Of a stretch of DNA of 64,000 nt, positions 9,613 through 19,873 are shown in pieces. Source of the DNA: an uncultured bacterium (GTDB lineage Bacteria; Chloroflexota; UBA5177; JANWHV01); contig CAWHAE010000010.1 of assembly GCA_963827235.1 (NCBI GenBank), positions 608,001 to 672,000 of the forward strand. Reading direction: 5' to 3'. The notes under the pieces are model-generated. The model searched no databases and was not told the origin of the DNA. It saw nothing but the letters and a program-made list of their open reading frames with translations. Within the stretch, counting starts at the first letter, position 1. Every line of letters begins with the position of its first letter. The position numbers and the translations under genes are program-made.

Positions 9613-11694
9613 ATGGTGCATCTTGACCTTCTCGTACAGTTCGCGCTCCTCGCCCTCCTTTGCACGCTCGTGCTTTGGCTACCCATGCCAAGGCGGATCG
9701 CCGCCGGGAGCCAAATCGGGCGGTCCATTGCCGACCGCTTGATGCGTGTTCTTCGAAGTGTGCGCCGCGCCGGACCGGATCAGACGGAGACTGCATCCGA
9801 ACCCTCCGAAGCGGTCATCCACCCTGACACGGCGCAGCCGATCGCAGCCCTGGCGGAGCCGCTTGCCTGTCCCGCCTGCGGGGCCTCGCTGCGCTTTTGT
9901 CCGTGCTGCGGCATGGCGCTGTCCGTCGCGACGCGGCCTGCCAGCCCGCGCAGGCTTCGTGTGTCGACGTGGCTGCGGCGTCGCGGCGTCGCGGTGGCGG
10001 CCGGGTGGAGTTGGGGCACTGCCCCGTTTCGATCGGCCTTCGTCGCGGCCGGCGACGATCTCGCCGCCATGCCGTGGTGGCGGGCACCCGCGGCCGCCTG
10101 GGTACTGCGCATCGCCCTGCCGATCGCAGTTGTCCTGTCGGCCTGTGCGCTGAGGGTGATCAACCTCTCCAGCGTCCCGCTTGGATTCTTCTGTGACGAG
10201 GCATCCAACGGGCTGGACGCGTACCACATCGGACGCGGGCTGCACGACCAGTTCGGCGCCCTCCTACCGGCCTTCTTCCAGGCCGGCGGCGACTGGCGCG
10301 GCGGATTCCACATCTACTTCGAGGTGCCCTTTGTCTGGCTCTTCGGCCCGACGGTGTTCGCCGATCGCGTGGGTTCGGCGGTGGAGGGCACCCTCACCAT
10401 CGGCTTGACGTACCTCTTCGTGAGCAGGGCGATCAACAAGCCCGTCGCGCTCATCGCGGCCCTGCTCATTGCGGTCTCGCCCTGGCACGTGTTGATCAGC
10501 CGCATGGGGTTTGAAGCAGCAAGCTTGCCATTCGCGACAGCGCTGAGCCTGGTGTGCCTGTTCTACGGCCTAGAGCGCCCGCGCGTTCTCGCGCTGGCCT
10601 ATGTCTGCAGCGCGCTGGCCATCTACACGTACCAACCGGCCAAGATGTTCATACCTCTGCTCGTACTGGCCTGGTCGGCACTCTACTGGCCGTTCATCCG
10701 GCGGGCAGGCCGGGTCGCGTTCGGCGGGATCGCTGCAGCGGCCGTGCTGCTCTATCCCTGCATTCCGGCGGTATTCGACGGACACTTCTTCGCGCGTATG
10801 AACGATTACGCCGGCGGCTCGCCGAGCATCGGCCAGCGGCTGAGCACCTTTTGGACGAACTACCAGATCCACCTTTCGCCGTCCTGGCTGATCGACCAAT
10901 CGACCGACGTTATCTTGCGCCACTACGTCTTCGGCTACGGCATGCTCTATACCTTCGAATGGCCGTTACTGCTCGTCGGTCTGGCCACGCTCGTCCTCCG
11001 CCACCGGCGGGCCGACCTGCTCTGCCTGGCCTGGGTGGCGATATATCCGGTTGCCTGCGCGGTGGTAGCGCCGCCGCAGGTCAACCGATCGATTGACGGC
11101 GTTATAGTGCTGCATGTCGCGGTGGCGCAAGGGGCCTGGACATGCCTGGTCCTCGGCCTGGCGCTCCTCCGGCAGCTCCATGTAGGGAGTACCTTGCGGG
11201 CAGGGCTGGCAGTGCTGGCCCTTGTCATCGGTCTTGGTGGTGTCTGCTCCGCCTCGGCAACGTTCATGCACGCCTATCTGGTGACGTATCCGCGCTACTC
11301 GTCGGGCTGGTGGGGCTGGCAGTGGGGCATGCAGCAGTTCCTCGCGGATTACGAAGCGCACCGCAGCCGGTTTGACGTGCTCTACTACGACGGGGATCAG
11401 TTCAACAACTCCTGGGAACTGCAGGACTTCTTTACCGTGGGCGATCCCGCAGCCTGCGCGACCTGCTCCGGCCTCGACATCGGCTACAACGCCAAGACCG
11501 CGATCGGCAGCCACTATCAGCCGCGCCAGCGTGCGTTGTGGGTGCTGACGCCAGACTCCTATGCCGCATCGCCTCTGCGCAACGTGCCTCACCAGGTCGT
11601 GACGACGCTGCGCTATCCAGACGGCTCCCCGGCTTGGGTGTACGTCGCCACGGGGCCGGGCTTTCCGACCCGATCAGGCGAGGGCTGGCCGTGA
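9613..11694 (+). CDS. ArnT/PMT-like GT-C glycosyltransferase with N-terminal Cys4 zinc-ribbon-like insert
   Basis: LRVINLSSVPLGFFCDEASNG, SPWHVLISR, multi-TM; CPACG...CPCCG near the N-terminus. Confidence 0.87.
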   Translation: MVHLDLLVQFALLALLCTLVLWLPMPRRIAAGSQIGRSIADRLMRVLRSVRRAGPDQTETASEPSEAVIHPDTAQPIAALAEPLACPACGASLRFCPCCGMALSVATRPASPRRLRVSTWLRRRGVAVAAGWSWGTAPFRSAFVAAGDDLAAMPWWRAPAAAWVLRIALPIAVVLSACALRVINLSSVPLGFFCDEASNGLDAYHIGRGLHDQFGALLPAFFQAGGDWRGGFHIYFEVPFVWLFGPTVFADRVGSAVEGTLTIGLTYLFVSRAINKPVALIAALLIAVSPWHVLISRMGFEAASLPFATALSLVCLFYGLERPRVLALAYVCSALAIYTYQPAKMFIPLLVLAWSALYWPFIRRAGRVAFGGIAAAAVLLYPCIPAVFDGHFFARMNDYAGGSPSIGQRLSTFWTNYQIHLSPSWLIDQSTDVILRHYVFGYGMLYTFEWPLLLVGLATLVLRHRRADLLCLAWVAIYPVACAVVAPPQVNRSIDGVIVLHVAVAQGAWTCLVLGLALLRQLHVGSTLRAGLAVLALVIGLGGVCSASATFMHAYLVTYPRYSSGWWGWQWGMQQFLADYEAHRSRFDVLYYDGDQFNNSWELQDFFTVGDPAACATCSGLDIGYNAKTAIGSHYQPRQRALWVLTPDSYAASPLRNVPHQVVTTLRYPDGSPAWVYVATGPGFPTRSGEGWP

Positions 11695-11717
11695 GTCGGC
11701 CCGGGGCGGTGTAACAG

Positions 11718-12056
11718 GTGGCGTTCCCGCTGCAGCTTGCGCTGATTGCCGCGCTCTGCGTGGTCGTGTTGATCGCACCCGTGCCCGAGCGCTGGCGGCA
11801 TCTCCGCCCGGAGTGGCCGGGACGCTCGCGCTTGGCGCCTCCGCATCCGGCACACCGGAAGCCGTTCCGACAGCGGTCCCGATGGTGGTGGTTTCTGGTG
11901 CCTTTCCCCGTGCTGCGCGTCTGGTGGCAAGCGTGGTGGGCAGCACGCCGTGCTAGCCGGAAGCGTCCATCGACTCCAGGACCGCGTTGGGACGGCTACG
12001 CAGCGTTGTTGGTTGGCGCGGCCTGCGCTGCAGCGCTCCTGCTGGGTGGCCGCTGA
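11718..12056 (+). CDS. Small membrane ORF; may be the frameshifted N-terminus of the following gene
   Basis: N-terminus LQLALIAALCVVVLIAPVP matches that of 9613..11694 (VQFALLALLCTLVLWLPMP); TGATG overlap with next ORF. Confidence 0.6.
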   Translation: MAFPLQLALIAALCVVVLIAPVPERWRHLRPEWPGRSRLAPPHPAHRKPFRQRSRWWWFLVPFPVLRVWWQAWWAARRASRKRPSTPGPRWDGYAALLVGAACAAALLLGGR

Positions 12057-15000
12057 TGGGCCTGATCGCCGTGCTCGGCCTTGCCCTATGCTGCTTCTAT
12101 GCCGGTGTGCGACTGGGCCCGGTTTGGCATGCCGACGCGCGGCGCGTGCTTCGGCGGCTCCGGGGACACGGGGAGCCCGGTGCCGGAGGATCCCGGCGCG
12201 TCGTTGGGGCGCTCATCGGCCTGCTGGCGATTGCTTGGTGGCTGCGCGCGCTCGGGCCCTCGCTCCACGGGTTCGATCCCGGCCGGGGCAGCATCGTCAA
12301 CGCTGACGAGGTAACGATCGGCGACGGTATCGGCGGCCTGGTGCCCAACCTGCACTATCCGACCAGCCTGGCCGATTTCTTGCGTCCCGATAGCCACTGG
12401 AATCCGGCCGTTGCGGCTTCATGGTGGGCTGCCCCATCCGCGGGCCATGCGCTGCATGATCCGGCGGGTTTCGCCTATGGCTCGCTGCCGCTGTACTTGA
12501 CCAAGCTGTTTGCCTCCCTGCTGGCATGGCTGGGCGCCCACTTCGGGCTCTTTGCCACCTGGCAGCACGCCAGCCCGGTCCTGGCTGGCCGAGTGCTTTC
12601 GGGCCTGTGCGGCGCTGCTACCGTCTACCTCGTATTCTGCCTCGCACGCCGACTGGCGGGCTCGCGGACCGCCCTCTTTGCCGCGGCTCTGGCAACCTTC
12701 GCCGTCCTATCTATTCAGGTAGCTCACCTGAGCACGAACGAGGCCTTCCTGGCGCTGTGTACCACCGGAACGGTGCTCGCCAGCGTGGGTTTTGCACAGC
12801 GCGGTACGTGCAGGGCAATCGCGGTGGCAGGCGTCTGGCTGGCAGCGGCGCTTGCCACGAGCATCTTTGCCGCACCGCTCGTCCTTACCGTGGGCGCAGC
12901 GGTGATCTGGCGCTGGCTGTCCGACCGCCGCTGGCAGGCTCGAGCGTCAGTGCTGGGGCAGGTTTGCCTTGCCGCCCTGACATGGCTGTGCGCCTCGTTC
13001 GTGTTCCAACCCTATGCCTTTCTCGATTCCGGTACCTTCAGCGCCGCCGTGCGTGCGCAACTGGATACTGCCGGCGGCGCGCAGATCAGCGGAAGCGCTT
13101 TGGTCTGGCACGATACGGCAGCACTGATGTTCCCTGCCCAACAATTGGCGCGATTTGGCCTTGGCGTGCCGCTGGCCCTCCTGGCGGCAGCGGGCCTTGT
13201 CTTTGCCTCCGTCTGTCTCTTTTGGCCGGCGCGACGAGCGGCAGGGCTAGTGGCCTGGTTTGTGCTGAGCGACTTCCTGGTGATTGGTGATCTGTACGTC
13301 AAGGACGTGCGCTTGCTGGAGCCGATCGTACCTGCGCTTTGCGTCCTGGCAGCGCTCCCTGTCGGCGCGCTGGCCGGGCACGGTGGCCGGCTGGTCCATG
13401 CCGCCGGGGTGCTCGGGGGTGGCGCGGTCCTGCTGCTGACGACAGCCTATGGGCTGGCCTATACACACATCTCCAGCGTGCCGCCCACGCGCGTGCAAGC
13501 GTCAGACTGGATCTGCGCGCACGTGCCTGTCGGCACGCGGATATTCGATGACGCGCAGGACTTTCAGTTACCGCTCGGCTGTTCAAACGGGCGGACCTAC
13601 ACCTCGCTGGATGTGCCCGGTCTGTGGAGTGAGACCTACAGCGATGATTCGCAGTCCAAGGTGGCGCAGCTGGCCGCGCCGCTGGCGGAAGCAGCGTACT
13701 TCATCAGCAGCAGCGGCCGTCCCGCTGCCACCGCCGCGGCCGACCCGCAGCGCTTTCCTTACTCAATACGATTCTACGCTCTGATGCTGGGCGGCAAGGC
13801 GGGTCGCGAGAACGGCCTGGGCTATTCGACGGTAGCGACCTTCGCGGTGCACCCAGAGCTGGGCCCTTGGGTGGACGACGAGAGAAACGTACACGAAACG
13901 GCGACGGAGCCCGATCATCCCACGGTAATGGTGTTGGCGAACACCGGGCGTCTTTCCGCGGCGGCGATTGCCGAGGTGTTGACCGATCACGGCCGGATCG
14001 GCGATCCGACCAATCCCGTCGAGCAAGTGGCTCGCCCTGCCAAGTCCCTGCTGCTGACGGCCAGTGAGCTGCGCAGCGATCAACACGGACAGACCTATGC
14101 CGCGATGTTCCCGGCGAACGGCCTGCCCATGCGCTTCCCGATTCCCGCCTGGTGGCTGATGGTGGAGGTGTTGGGACTCCTGGCGTTGCCAATCAGCATG
14201 CGGCTGTTCAGCCGGCTGGGCGATTGCGGCTTTGCCATGTCCAAGACGGTCGGGATCTTGTTACTCTCCTGGTGCGCGTGGATTCTACCCAGCATGCATT
14301 GGGCCGACTACAGCCGGGCTGAGATCGCCCTCTGTCTACTGCCCGTGGCCGCCCTCTCACTTGGCTGGGGCGTGCGGCTGCGCGACATCCCCTGTATCCT
14401 GCGGCCGCGCCTCGTCGCCGTGGTGCTGAGCGAAGGCGCGTTCATCGTCGGCTACCTCTTTTTCGTCTGGCTCCGAGCGATCTATCCGGACTTCGGGCAC
14501 AGCTTCGACATCGGCGAAAAGACGATGGACTTCTCGTTCCTCAACGCCATCGTGCGGAGCTCGACGCTGCCACCGCTCGACCCGTGGTTCAGCGGCGGCT
14601 ACCTCAACTACTACTACTACGGCCATTTCACGGTCGCCACGCTGCTTAAGCTGGCTGGTATTGCTCCGACAATCGCCATCAACCTGGCGATGCCGACTTT
14701 CTTCGCCCTGACCCTGGCGTCCTGCATCTCGCTGGCCTACAGCCTGATTCGGCGCATCCCGTTTGCCCTGCTGAGCGGCAGTCTCGCCCTGCTTGCCGGC
14801 AATATGTATGGCGGCCAGGTGATGATCGGTGATCTGCAGGCAGCCAGCCCACTGCAGAGCCAGCTGCATCCACCGTCCGCCGCTGGTAGCAGCGTGCCGG
14901 TGGTCGGTCCAGTCATCGACCTCCTGTCCTACTCCTGGTCTGTGCTCGCCGGTCTCGTCCAGGGCGCCTGGGCGGCGTTGCTCGGACTGGGACAGGTGTT

Positions 15001-16984
15001 CCTGGGACACCAGGGCCTGCCGTGGTACCCGTTCCGCAGCTGGGCCTGGGACGGCTCTCGATTCGACGGCGGCGTGATCACGGAATTTCCCTACTGGACG
15101 TTCCTCTACGGCGATCCGCACGCGCACCTCTGGGACATGCCCTTCGCGCTCTGTATCGTGGGCATGGCCTGCACGTTTCTGCACGGCACGATGGGAACGG
15201 TGGCCTGTCCGCTGGCCGAGGGACGCGCCGTGAGTGAGGTCGATGAGTCACCGTCCCTGCTGCCGGGCCTGCGCCTCATCGTATGGCCGGTCATCGGCGT
15301 CGTATTGGGTGCGCTCGGGCCGACCAACACCTGGGACCTGGCGGGCGCATTTGGCATCCTGGGCCTGGCCATCGCGGCCTGGTCGTTCCGGACCGGTGCC
15401 GGCTGGCTGCGCACCGGCTGGGCGACCGGCTGGCGGCTGGGTGTCCTGGTGGTACTGGCATTGGGTGGACTCAAGCCGATCATTCCCTTCGGCCTATACC
15501 GGCCATTCTACGATCACTTCTTCTCCTTCTACGACCGGTACGGATGGACCATTCTCCGGCACCAGACCCCTCTGCACGACTTCGCCACCTACTGGGGCTT
15601 GCCGCTTTACATTCTGACGGCCTACCTGCTGGTCTGCTTCTGGCAGGATACGAATCTGGCGCGGCGACTGCGGCACGACTGCCGCGTGGCCGCCTTCCGC
15701 TGCTACTATTGGGAGCGACGTGCGGACCTGCCCCGCTACTTTGCCCTGGCGCGGCGGCGCGTGCCCCCTGAGCCCGAGCCTGGATCGAGTCCCAGCCGAT
15801 CGGGCGATCGCGCCGTGATATTCCTCGCCGCCATGGCAGCTTCCCTGCTCTTCGCGCATGCGGGCCTGATCGTGCTTGCCGGTCTCGCGCTACTTGCTGC
15901 CGCCGCCCTCCTCGCGCGAGGTCCCGTGTGGACCACCTGCCTGCTGGGCGCCGGCGGGGCAGCCGGCCTTCTGGTGATCGACTACTTGGTACTGGCCTGG
16001 CTATCCGGTCTGATCGGTCTGGCCGTGCTGCTGCTGATCGACCGCGCGGACGAACACGACGACCGGGAGGTGTTCCTGCATCTCCTGATAATCATGGGCC
16101 TGTTGATAGCCGCCGCGGCGGAGATTATCTACGTGGTGGACTTCAACGATGCCGACCCGCTGCTCTTCCGCAGCAACACGGTGTTCAAGCTCTACGAGGA
16201 TGCCTGGCTACTGCTGAGCATCTGCGCCGGCGTCGGGCTGGCACGCCTGCTTGCACCGTTTCTGATGCGCTTCAGGTGGGGGCGTCCTCGAGCCCCCCGG
16301 GTGCAGCACGCGTTACCGGCAAGCAGCCGCCCGGGCTTGGTCGGCTGGGCCTGGGTGGGTGGTCTCGTCCTCCTGCTCTCCGCGGCTGCACTCTATCCGC
16401 TACGCATGACGCCCGAGCGCCTCGACGAGCGCACCACGGCGTGGCCCGCACTGGCCTCAGCGCACATCGGCCTCACGCTGGACAGCCTGGCCTTCATGCC
16501 TGCCGTCTATCCCGACGACTACGCGGCAATCGAGTGGTTCAACCAGACCGTTCGCGGCAGCCCCGTGGTGTTGCAGAGCGATCATGGGTTCTTCACCAAC
16601 ATGTCGGCGAGAATCACCATGTACACCGGTCTCCCGAGCGTCGTGAACTGGAACTTCGAGGTCGGCCAGCAGCACTACAGTGGGCAGAAGGCCGCGAACG
16701 GGTCGTGGTACCCGGACGAAGTGGGCGCGCGCGCGCGGGACGTGGACCTGATTTACAGCACTCCGAACGCGCAGGTGGCCCTGAATCTGCTCCATCGCTA
16801 CCAGGTCACCTACATCTGCGTAGGTAGCCAGGAGCGCGGCGATCCGAACCTGGCCGGCGACGCGGGCAACTTCCACGGCTATCCTGCCGACGGTCTGGCC
16901 AAGTTCGCGCGCATGGTGGGCCTGCACGAGCTGGCCCTGGTGTTCACGCACGGCAGCATGCAGGTATACCGAGTGCTGGTCTGA
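12056..16984 (+). CDS. Large fusion: PMT-like GT-C domain + DUF2298 / Chlor_Arch_YYY domain
   Basis: N-half: NADE, FAYGSLPLY, GRVLS, FQPYAFLD; C-half: GEKTMDF, NYYYYG, TEFPYWTFLYGDPHAH, TNTWD, RSNTVFKLY. Confidence 0.88.
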   Translation: MGLIAVLGLALCCFYAGVRLGPVWHADARRVLRRLRGHGEPGAGGSRRVVGALIGLLAIAWWLRALGPSLHGFDPGRGSIVNADEVTIGDGIGGLVPNLHYPTSLADFLRPDSHWNPAVAASWWAAPSAGHALHDPAGFAYGSLPLYLTKLFASLLAWLGAHFGLFATWQHASPVLAGRVLSGLCGAATVYLVFCLARRLAGSRTALFAAALATFAVLSIQVAHLSTNEAFLALCTTGTVLASVGFAQRGTCRAIAVAGVWLAAALATSIFAAPLVLTVGAAVIWRWLSDRRWQARASVLGQVCLAALTWLCASFVFQPYAFLDSGTFSAAVRAQLDTAGGAQISGSALVWHDTAALMFPAQQLARFGLGVPLALLAAAGLVFASVCLFWPARRAAGLVAWFVLSDFLVIGDLYVKDVRLLEPIVPALCVLAALPVGALAGHGGRLVHAAGVLGGGAVLLLTTAYGLAYTHISSVPPTRVQASDWICAHVPVGTRIFDDAQDFQLPLGCSNGRTYTSLDVPGLWSETYSDDSQSKVAQLAAPLAEAAYFISSSGRPAATAAADPQRFPYSIRFYALMLGGKAGRENGLGYSTVATFAVHPELGPWVDDERNVHETATEPDHPTVMVLANTGRLSAAAIAEVLTDHGRIGDPTNPVEQVARPAKSLLLTASELRSDQHGQTYAAMFPANGLPMRFPIPAWWLMVEVLGLLALPISMRLFSRLGDCGFAMSKTVGILLLSWCAWILPSMHWADYSRAEIALCLLPVAALSLGWGVRLRDIPCILRPRLVAVVLSEGAFIVGYLFFVWLRAIYPDFGHSFDIGEKTMDFSFLNAIVRSSTLPPLDPWFSGGYLNYYYYGHFTVATLLKLAGIAPTIAINLAMPTFFALTLASCISLAYSLIRRIPFALLSGSLALLAGNMYGGQVMIGDLQAASPLQSQLHPPSAAGSSVPVVGPVIDLLSYSWSVLAGLVQGAWAALLGLGQVFLGHQGLPWYPFRSWAWDGSRFDGGVITEFPYWTFLYGDPHAHLWDMPFALCIVGMACTFLHGTMGTVACPLAEGRAVSEVDESPSLLPGLRLIVWPVIGVVLGALGPTNTWDLAGAFGILGLAIAAWSFRTGAGWLRTGWATGWRLGVLVVLALGGLKPIIPFGLYRPFYDHFFSFYDRYGWTILRHQTPLHDFATYWGLPLYILTAYLLVCFWQDTNLARRLRHDCRVAAFRCYYWERRADLPRYFALARRRVPPEPEPGSSPSRSGDRAVIFLAAMAASLLFAHAGLIVLAGLALLAAAALLARGPVWTTCLLGAGGAAGLLVIDYLVLAWLSGLIGLAVLLLIDRADEHDDREVFLHLLIIMGLLIAAAAEIIYVVDFNDADPLLFRSNTVFKLYEDAWLLLSICAGVGLARLLAPFLMRFRWGRPRAPRVQHALPASSRPGLVGWAWVGGLVLLLSAAALYPLRMTPERLDERTTAWPALASAHIGLTLDSLAFMPAVYPDDYAAIEWFNQTVRGSPVVLQSDHGFFTNMSARITMYTGLPSVVNWNFEVGQQHYSGQKAANGSWYPDEVGARARDVDLIYSTPNAQVALNLLHRYQVTYICVGSQERGDPNLAGDAGNFHGYPADGLAKFARMVGLHELALVFTHGSMQVYRVLV

Positions 16985-17649
16985 GGCCAGGCATACCAGG
17001 ACCGCGAGCATCCGGCGTATCGTCCAACTGGATACACGAGGCCGGACCAGCTGTCCGTTGTCCCTGGCGCGGGCGCCCTCCGGATTTTGCCAGCAGGGTC
17101 AGGAGTCGTGAGGCGTCACAGGCACGGTCACTGCAAGTCGCCCGGAACGTGCGTCCCGGCGTGGCTTGCCTTTAGCGGTGCGGACGAGGCTGCATGCTGT
17201 ACGGGATGTCCCGCAACATGCTCAAGGTCGCCGGCGCACGCGGCATCAGTGCATGCGTTCGCGCAGCATTGCCGACGGCGCGGGTCGGAGCATGCGCGTG
17301 CTCGGCACTGCTGGAGAAGCGCGACCGAGGGGACGCGACGCGGCCCCAGGTGTGCACGAGCGCGGCGTGGTGCGCGGTGTCATTGCAGCGCGAGTTCGAC
17401 GGCCGAATCAAGGCAGACGGTTCGCTATATAGCTCTGGGAGACTGTACGAGACTACCACGTCGAGGAAACTGCCAGGCCATAGAAGAAGACCGCGCCGCG
17501 GTTTTGCGGCTCCAGGGAGACAGTCCCACATCGCCTGGCAACCTTCGAACCGCGCTGGGAGAGCGTCCCACACAACCTTACATACGCCAGGCGACAGTGG
17601 TAGGCAGCGAAGACCGCTCCGTAGCATCACCGTGACAGGGAGAAAGACG

Positions 17650-17687
17650 CACATCGCCCGGCAACCCCGAGGTTGCCGGGCGATGTG
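17650..17687 (-). terminator. 17-bp perfect stem-loop, probable terminator
   Basis: CACATCGCCCGGCAACC-CCGA-GGTTGCCGGGCGATGTG just 3' of the 17725 stop; GTCTTTCT follows shortly on the minus strand. Confidence 0.75.
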
Positions 17688-17724
17688 ACCGGGCCGCTTA
17701 GCCCGTCATGCTTCCGCGTGGTAC

Positions 17725-19539
17725 TCAGGTCACCGTTATCCTGACGACCTGCGACACCGCGCCCCCGCTCGAATTGGTAATCACAGCCCGATACTGGTAG
17801 CTGTCCAGCGTGAGATCCGGTTTGAACATCATCACCGCTGTGTTCTGGTCGTCGTAGCTGGTGTTGCTGTCCAGGATATCCTGCCAGCCGTTCGTGCCGT
17901 CATTATATTGCCAGCGGACTGAAGAGGTCTGGTTCCCGTCGTTGTAGCCGACGATCAGGTCCACTTCCTGTGCGCAGTTCGGTACGGTGATCAGACCGTT
18001 GACCGGATTAAGGTTGACCGTGGGAGCCTGCGGCGCCGCGGCTGACGTGGCCGCGGCGTTAGCGACCGCGGTGTCGACGGCTACCGATGTGGCGGTCACC
18101 TGAGCCACGATGGTACTCTGGGATTTCGCTGCCGCGGTGAGCTGTGCGACGGCAGTCTGGTACTGCCCGGCGATCGCCGTCTGCGTAGCCCGGTCCTGCC
18201 CGGTCAGCGCAGTAACCGTACCTCGGACCTCCGCGGTCAGGACGACAAAGGCAGTAGCCTTCATATTGACGATGGCCGTCGACGTGGCGGCGGATTGCGC
18301 CTGCGCAGTACCGAGAGCGCTAACAGTAGCGACGATCCGAGCCCGGATGGTCGCCTGGGTAACGGCCGTGGCCGTCACATGCGGCGCGGCGGTCGCCGTC
18401 AGGCGCGCTACTGCCGTTGCCGCGCCAGCCGTCTGGGACGCGACGGCGGTTTGCGTGGCCTTGGGCCCCGCGGCGGCCGCGGTTGACGTGGCTCCCGGAT
18501 TGGCGGTGCCTGTCGCGTTGGCGGCGGCGGTACCCGTCGCGTTGGCCATAGCCGTCGCCGTGGCAATGGCCGTAGTCGTGGCCTTAGTCGTTACCGTGGA
18601 GGTGCTATTGACCGCGGCGGTGGCCGATGCCTGCCTGGCGGCCGTTGCCGAGGACTGCACGCTGGCGGTCGCCTGGTTGTTCGTCACTACCGTAGCAGTG
18701 AGCTGCGCCACTCCGGTCGAGTTTGCCTCAGACTGCGCTTCAGTCGCGGTAGCATTGGTCGCAGCGGTCGCGGTGTCGTTTGGCGCGGTCGTAGCCGTTG
18801 CATTGGCCTCGTTGGTCACTTCGGTTGCCGTGCTATTTGTATCGGCCGTTTGCTGCGCTTGCACTGCTGCCGTCGCCGTCTGAGCCGGGCCAGCAGCTTG
18901 CGCGGTCAACTGGGCCACAACCGTGGATGTAGCATTCGTGTTAGCGACGCCCGTCAACTGCGCCACGGACGTACCGGCGACATTCGCCAGGGCAGTGCCA
19001 GTGGCATTTGCGTTGGCTACGCCTGTTTGCGCCACCTGAGCAACAGCGGTCGCCACGAGGTGCGTAACGGCGGTTGCTGTGTCGGCGGCGTTGACGAGCC
19101 CTGTGATCTGTGCCACTGCCGTGGCGGTGGCGTTGGCCACTGCCGTGCTGGTCTCGGCGGCGACTCCCGTGGCAGTCTGGTTGGCGACTGCCGTAGCCGT
19201 ATCGTGCGGGTTAGCAAGGGCCGTGGCAGTAATGTTCGCAACTGCCGTGTTTGTCGGATCATCCACAGCGGCCGTGGCAGCGGCCTCATTGGCTGCCTCC
19301 GTGGCCGTGTCACCCGGGGCCACGGTCGCGGTTAACTGCGCCGCCGCCGTGGCGGTGAGCCTGGCAACTACGGTCTCCTCACCGGGGCGCGTTGCGCAGT
19401 TTGAACTGGCGTAGGCGACGTGCACCGCCGGCCCCAGACTCACCGGCAGCCCGCCTGTACTGTGCCGTTCTAAGGTTATTCCCGACCACCCTAACACTAG
19501 CCCCAGTGCCAGGGTGATCCGTATCAGCCGGCTTCTCAC
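17725..19539 (-). CDS. Secreted Ala/Thr-rich repeat protein with C-terminal Ig-like domain
   Basis: GTG after GGAGAAGGA; signal-peptide-like N-terminus; about 480 aa of TATAVA-type repeats; Ig motif VRWQY...WQDI...YQYRAVITN. Confidence 0.8.
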   Translation of the reverse strand: MRSRLIRITLALGLVLGWSGITLERHSTGGLPVSLGPAVHVAYASSNCATRPGEETVVARLTATAAAQLTATVAPGDTATEAANEAAATAAVDDPTNTAVANITATALANPHDTATAVANQTATGVAAETSTAVANATATAVAQITGLVNAADTATAVTHLVATAVAQVAQTGVANANATGTALANVAGTSVAQLTGVANTNATSTVVAQLTAQAAGPAQTATAAVQAQQTADTNSTATEVTNEANATATTAPNDTATAATNATATEAQSEANSTGVAQLTATVVTNNQATASVQSSATAARQASATAAVNSTSTVTTKATTTAIATATAMANATGTAAANATGTANPGATSTAAAAGPKATQTAVASQTAGAATAVARLTATAAPHVTATAVTQATIRARIVATVSALGTAQAQSAATSTAIVNMKATAFVVLTAEVRGTVTALTGQDRATQTAIAGQYQTAVAQLTAAAKSQSTIVAQVTATSVAVDTAVANAAATSAAAPQAPTVNLNPVNGLITVPNCAQEVDLIVGYNDGNQTSSVRWQYNDGTNGWQDILDSNTSYDDQNTAVMMFKPDLTLDSYQYRAVITNSSGGAVSQVVRITVT

Positions 19540-19654
19540 GTTCCTTCTCCCTTGTGCTCTCTCTCCCTGCGTCGTCCTATCCCTGCTGCGCGCACCCTTT
19601 CTGTTCGGACCGTGGTGTGTTCTGTCCTGCCGGCGCACCTGCCGTCTACGGTGT

Positions 19655-19681
19655 TAATCGGCAGCCTTGCGCGTTTTTGGA
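19655..19681 (-). promoter_or_regulatory. Sigma-28 (FliA/WhiG)-like promoter, proximal copy
   Basis: Minus strand TCCA-N15-GCCGATTA. Confidence 0.55.
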
Positions 19682-19846
19682 GAGGCCAAAGTGGTCCCCC
19701 CCGAACGGGTCCCTGCGCGGTTCGGGTCGCTCCCCGCTGATCGGTGTCTCTGTCGCTCCTGCCCTCCGTCCTGAACCCCGTGCCGGCCGCCTCGCCGCGG
19801 ATCGTGGCTGTAGTGTTCGTGCATACCCAGTTGGAGTCTTTACTTC

Positions 19847-19873
19847 TTATCGGCAGCCCAGGCCCGATCTGGA
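19847..19873 (-). promoter_or_regulatory. Sigma-28-like promoter, distal copy
   Basis: Minus strand TCCA-N15-GCCGATAA; shares the GGCCTCTCCA...GGCTGCCGAT context with the proximal copy. Confidence 0.6.

Noticed and set aside
17000-17640. ORFs of 160-180 aa between the YYY operon and the terminator
   Set aside because: No motifs, Arg/Cys-rich noise-like composition; left unexplained
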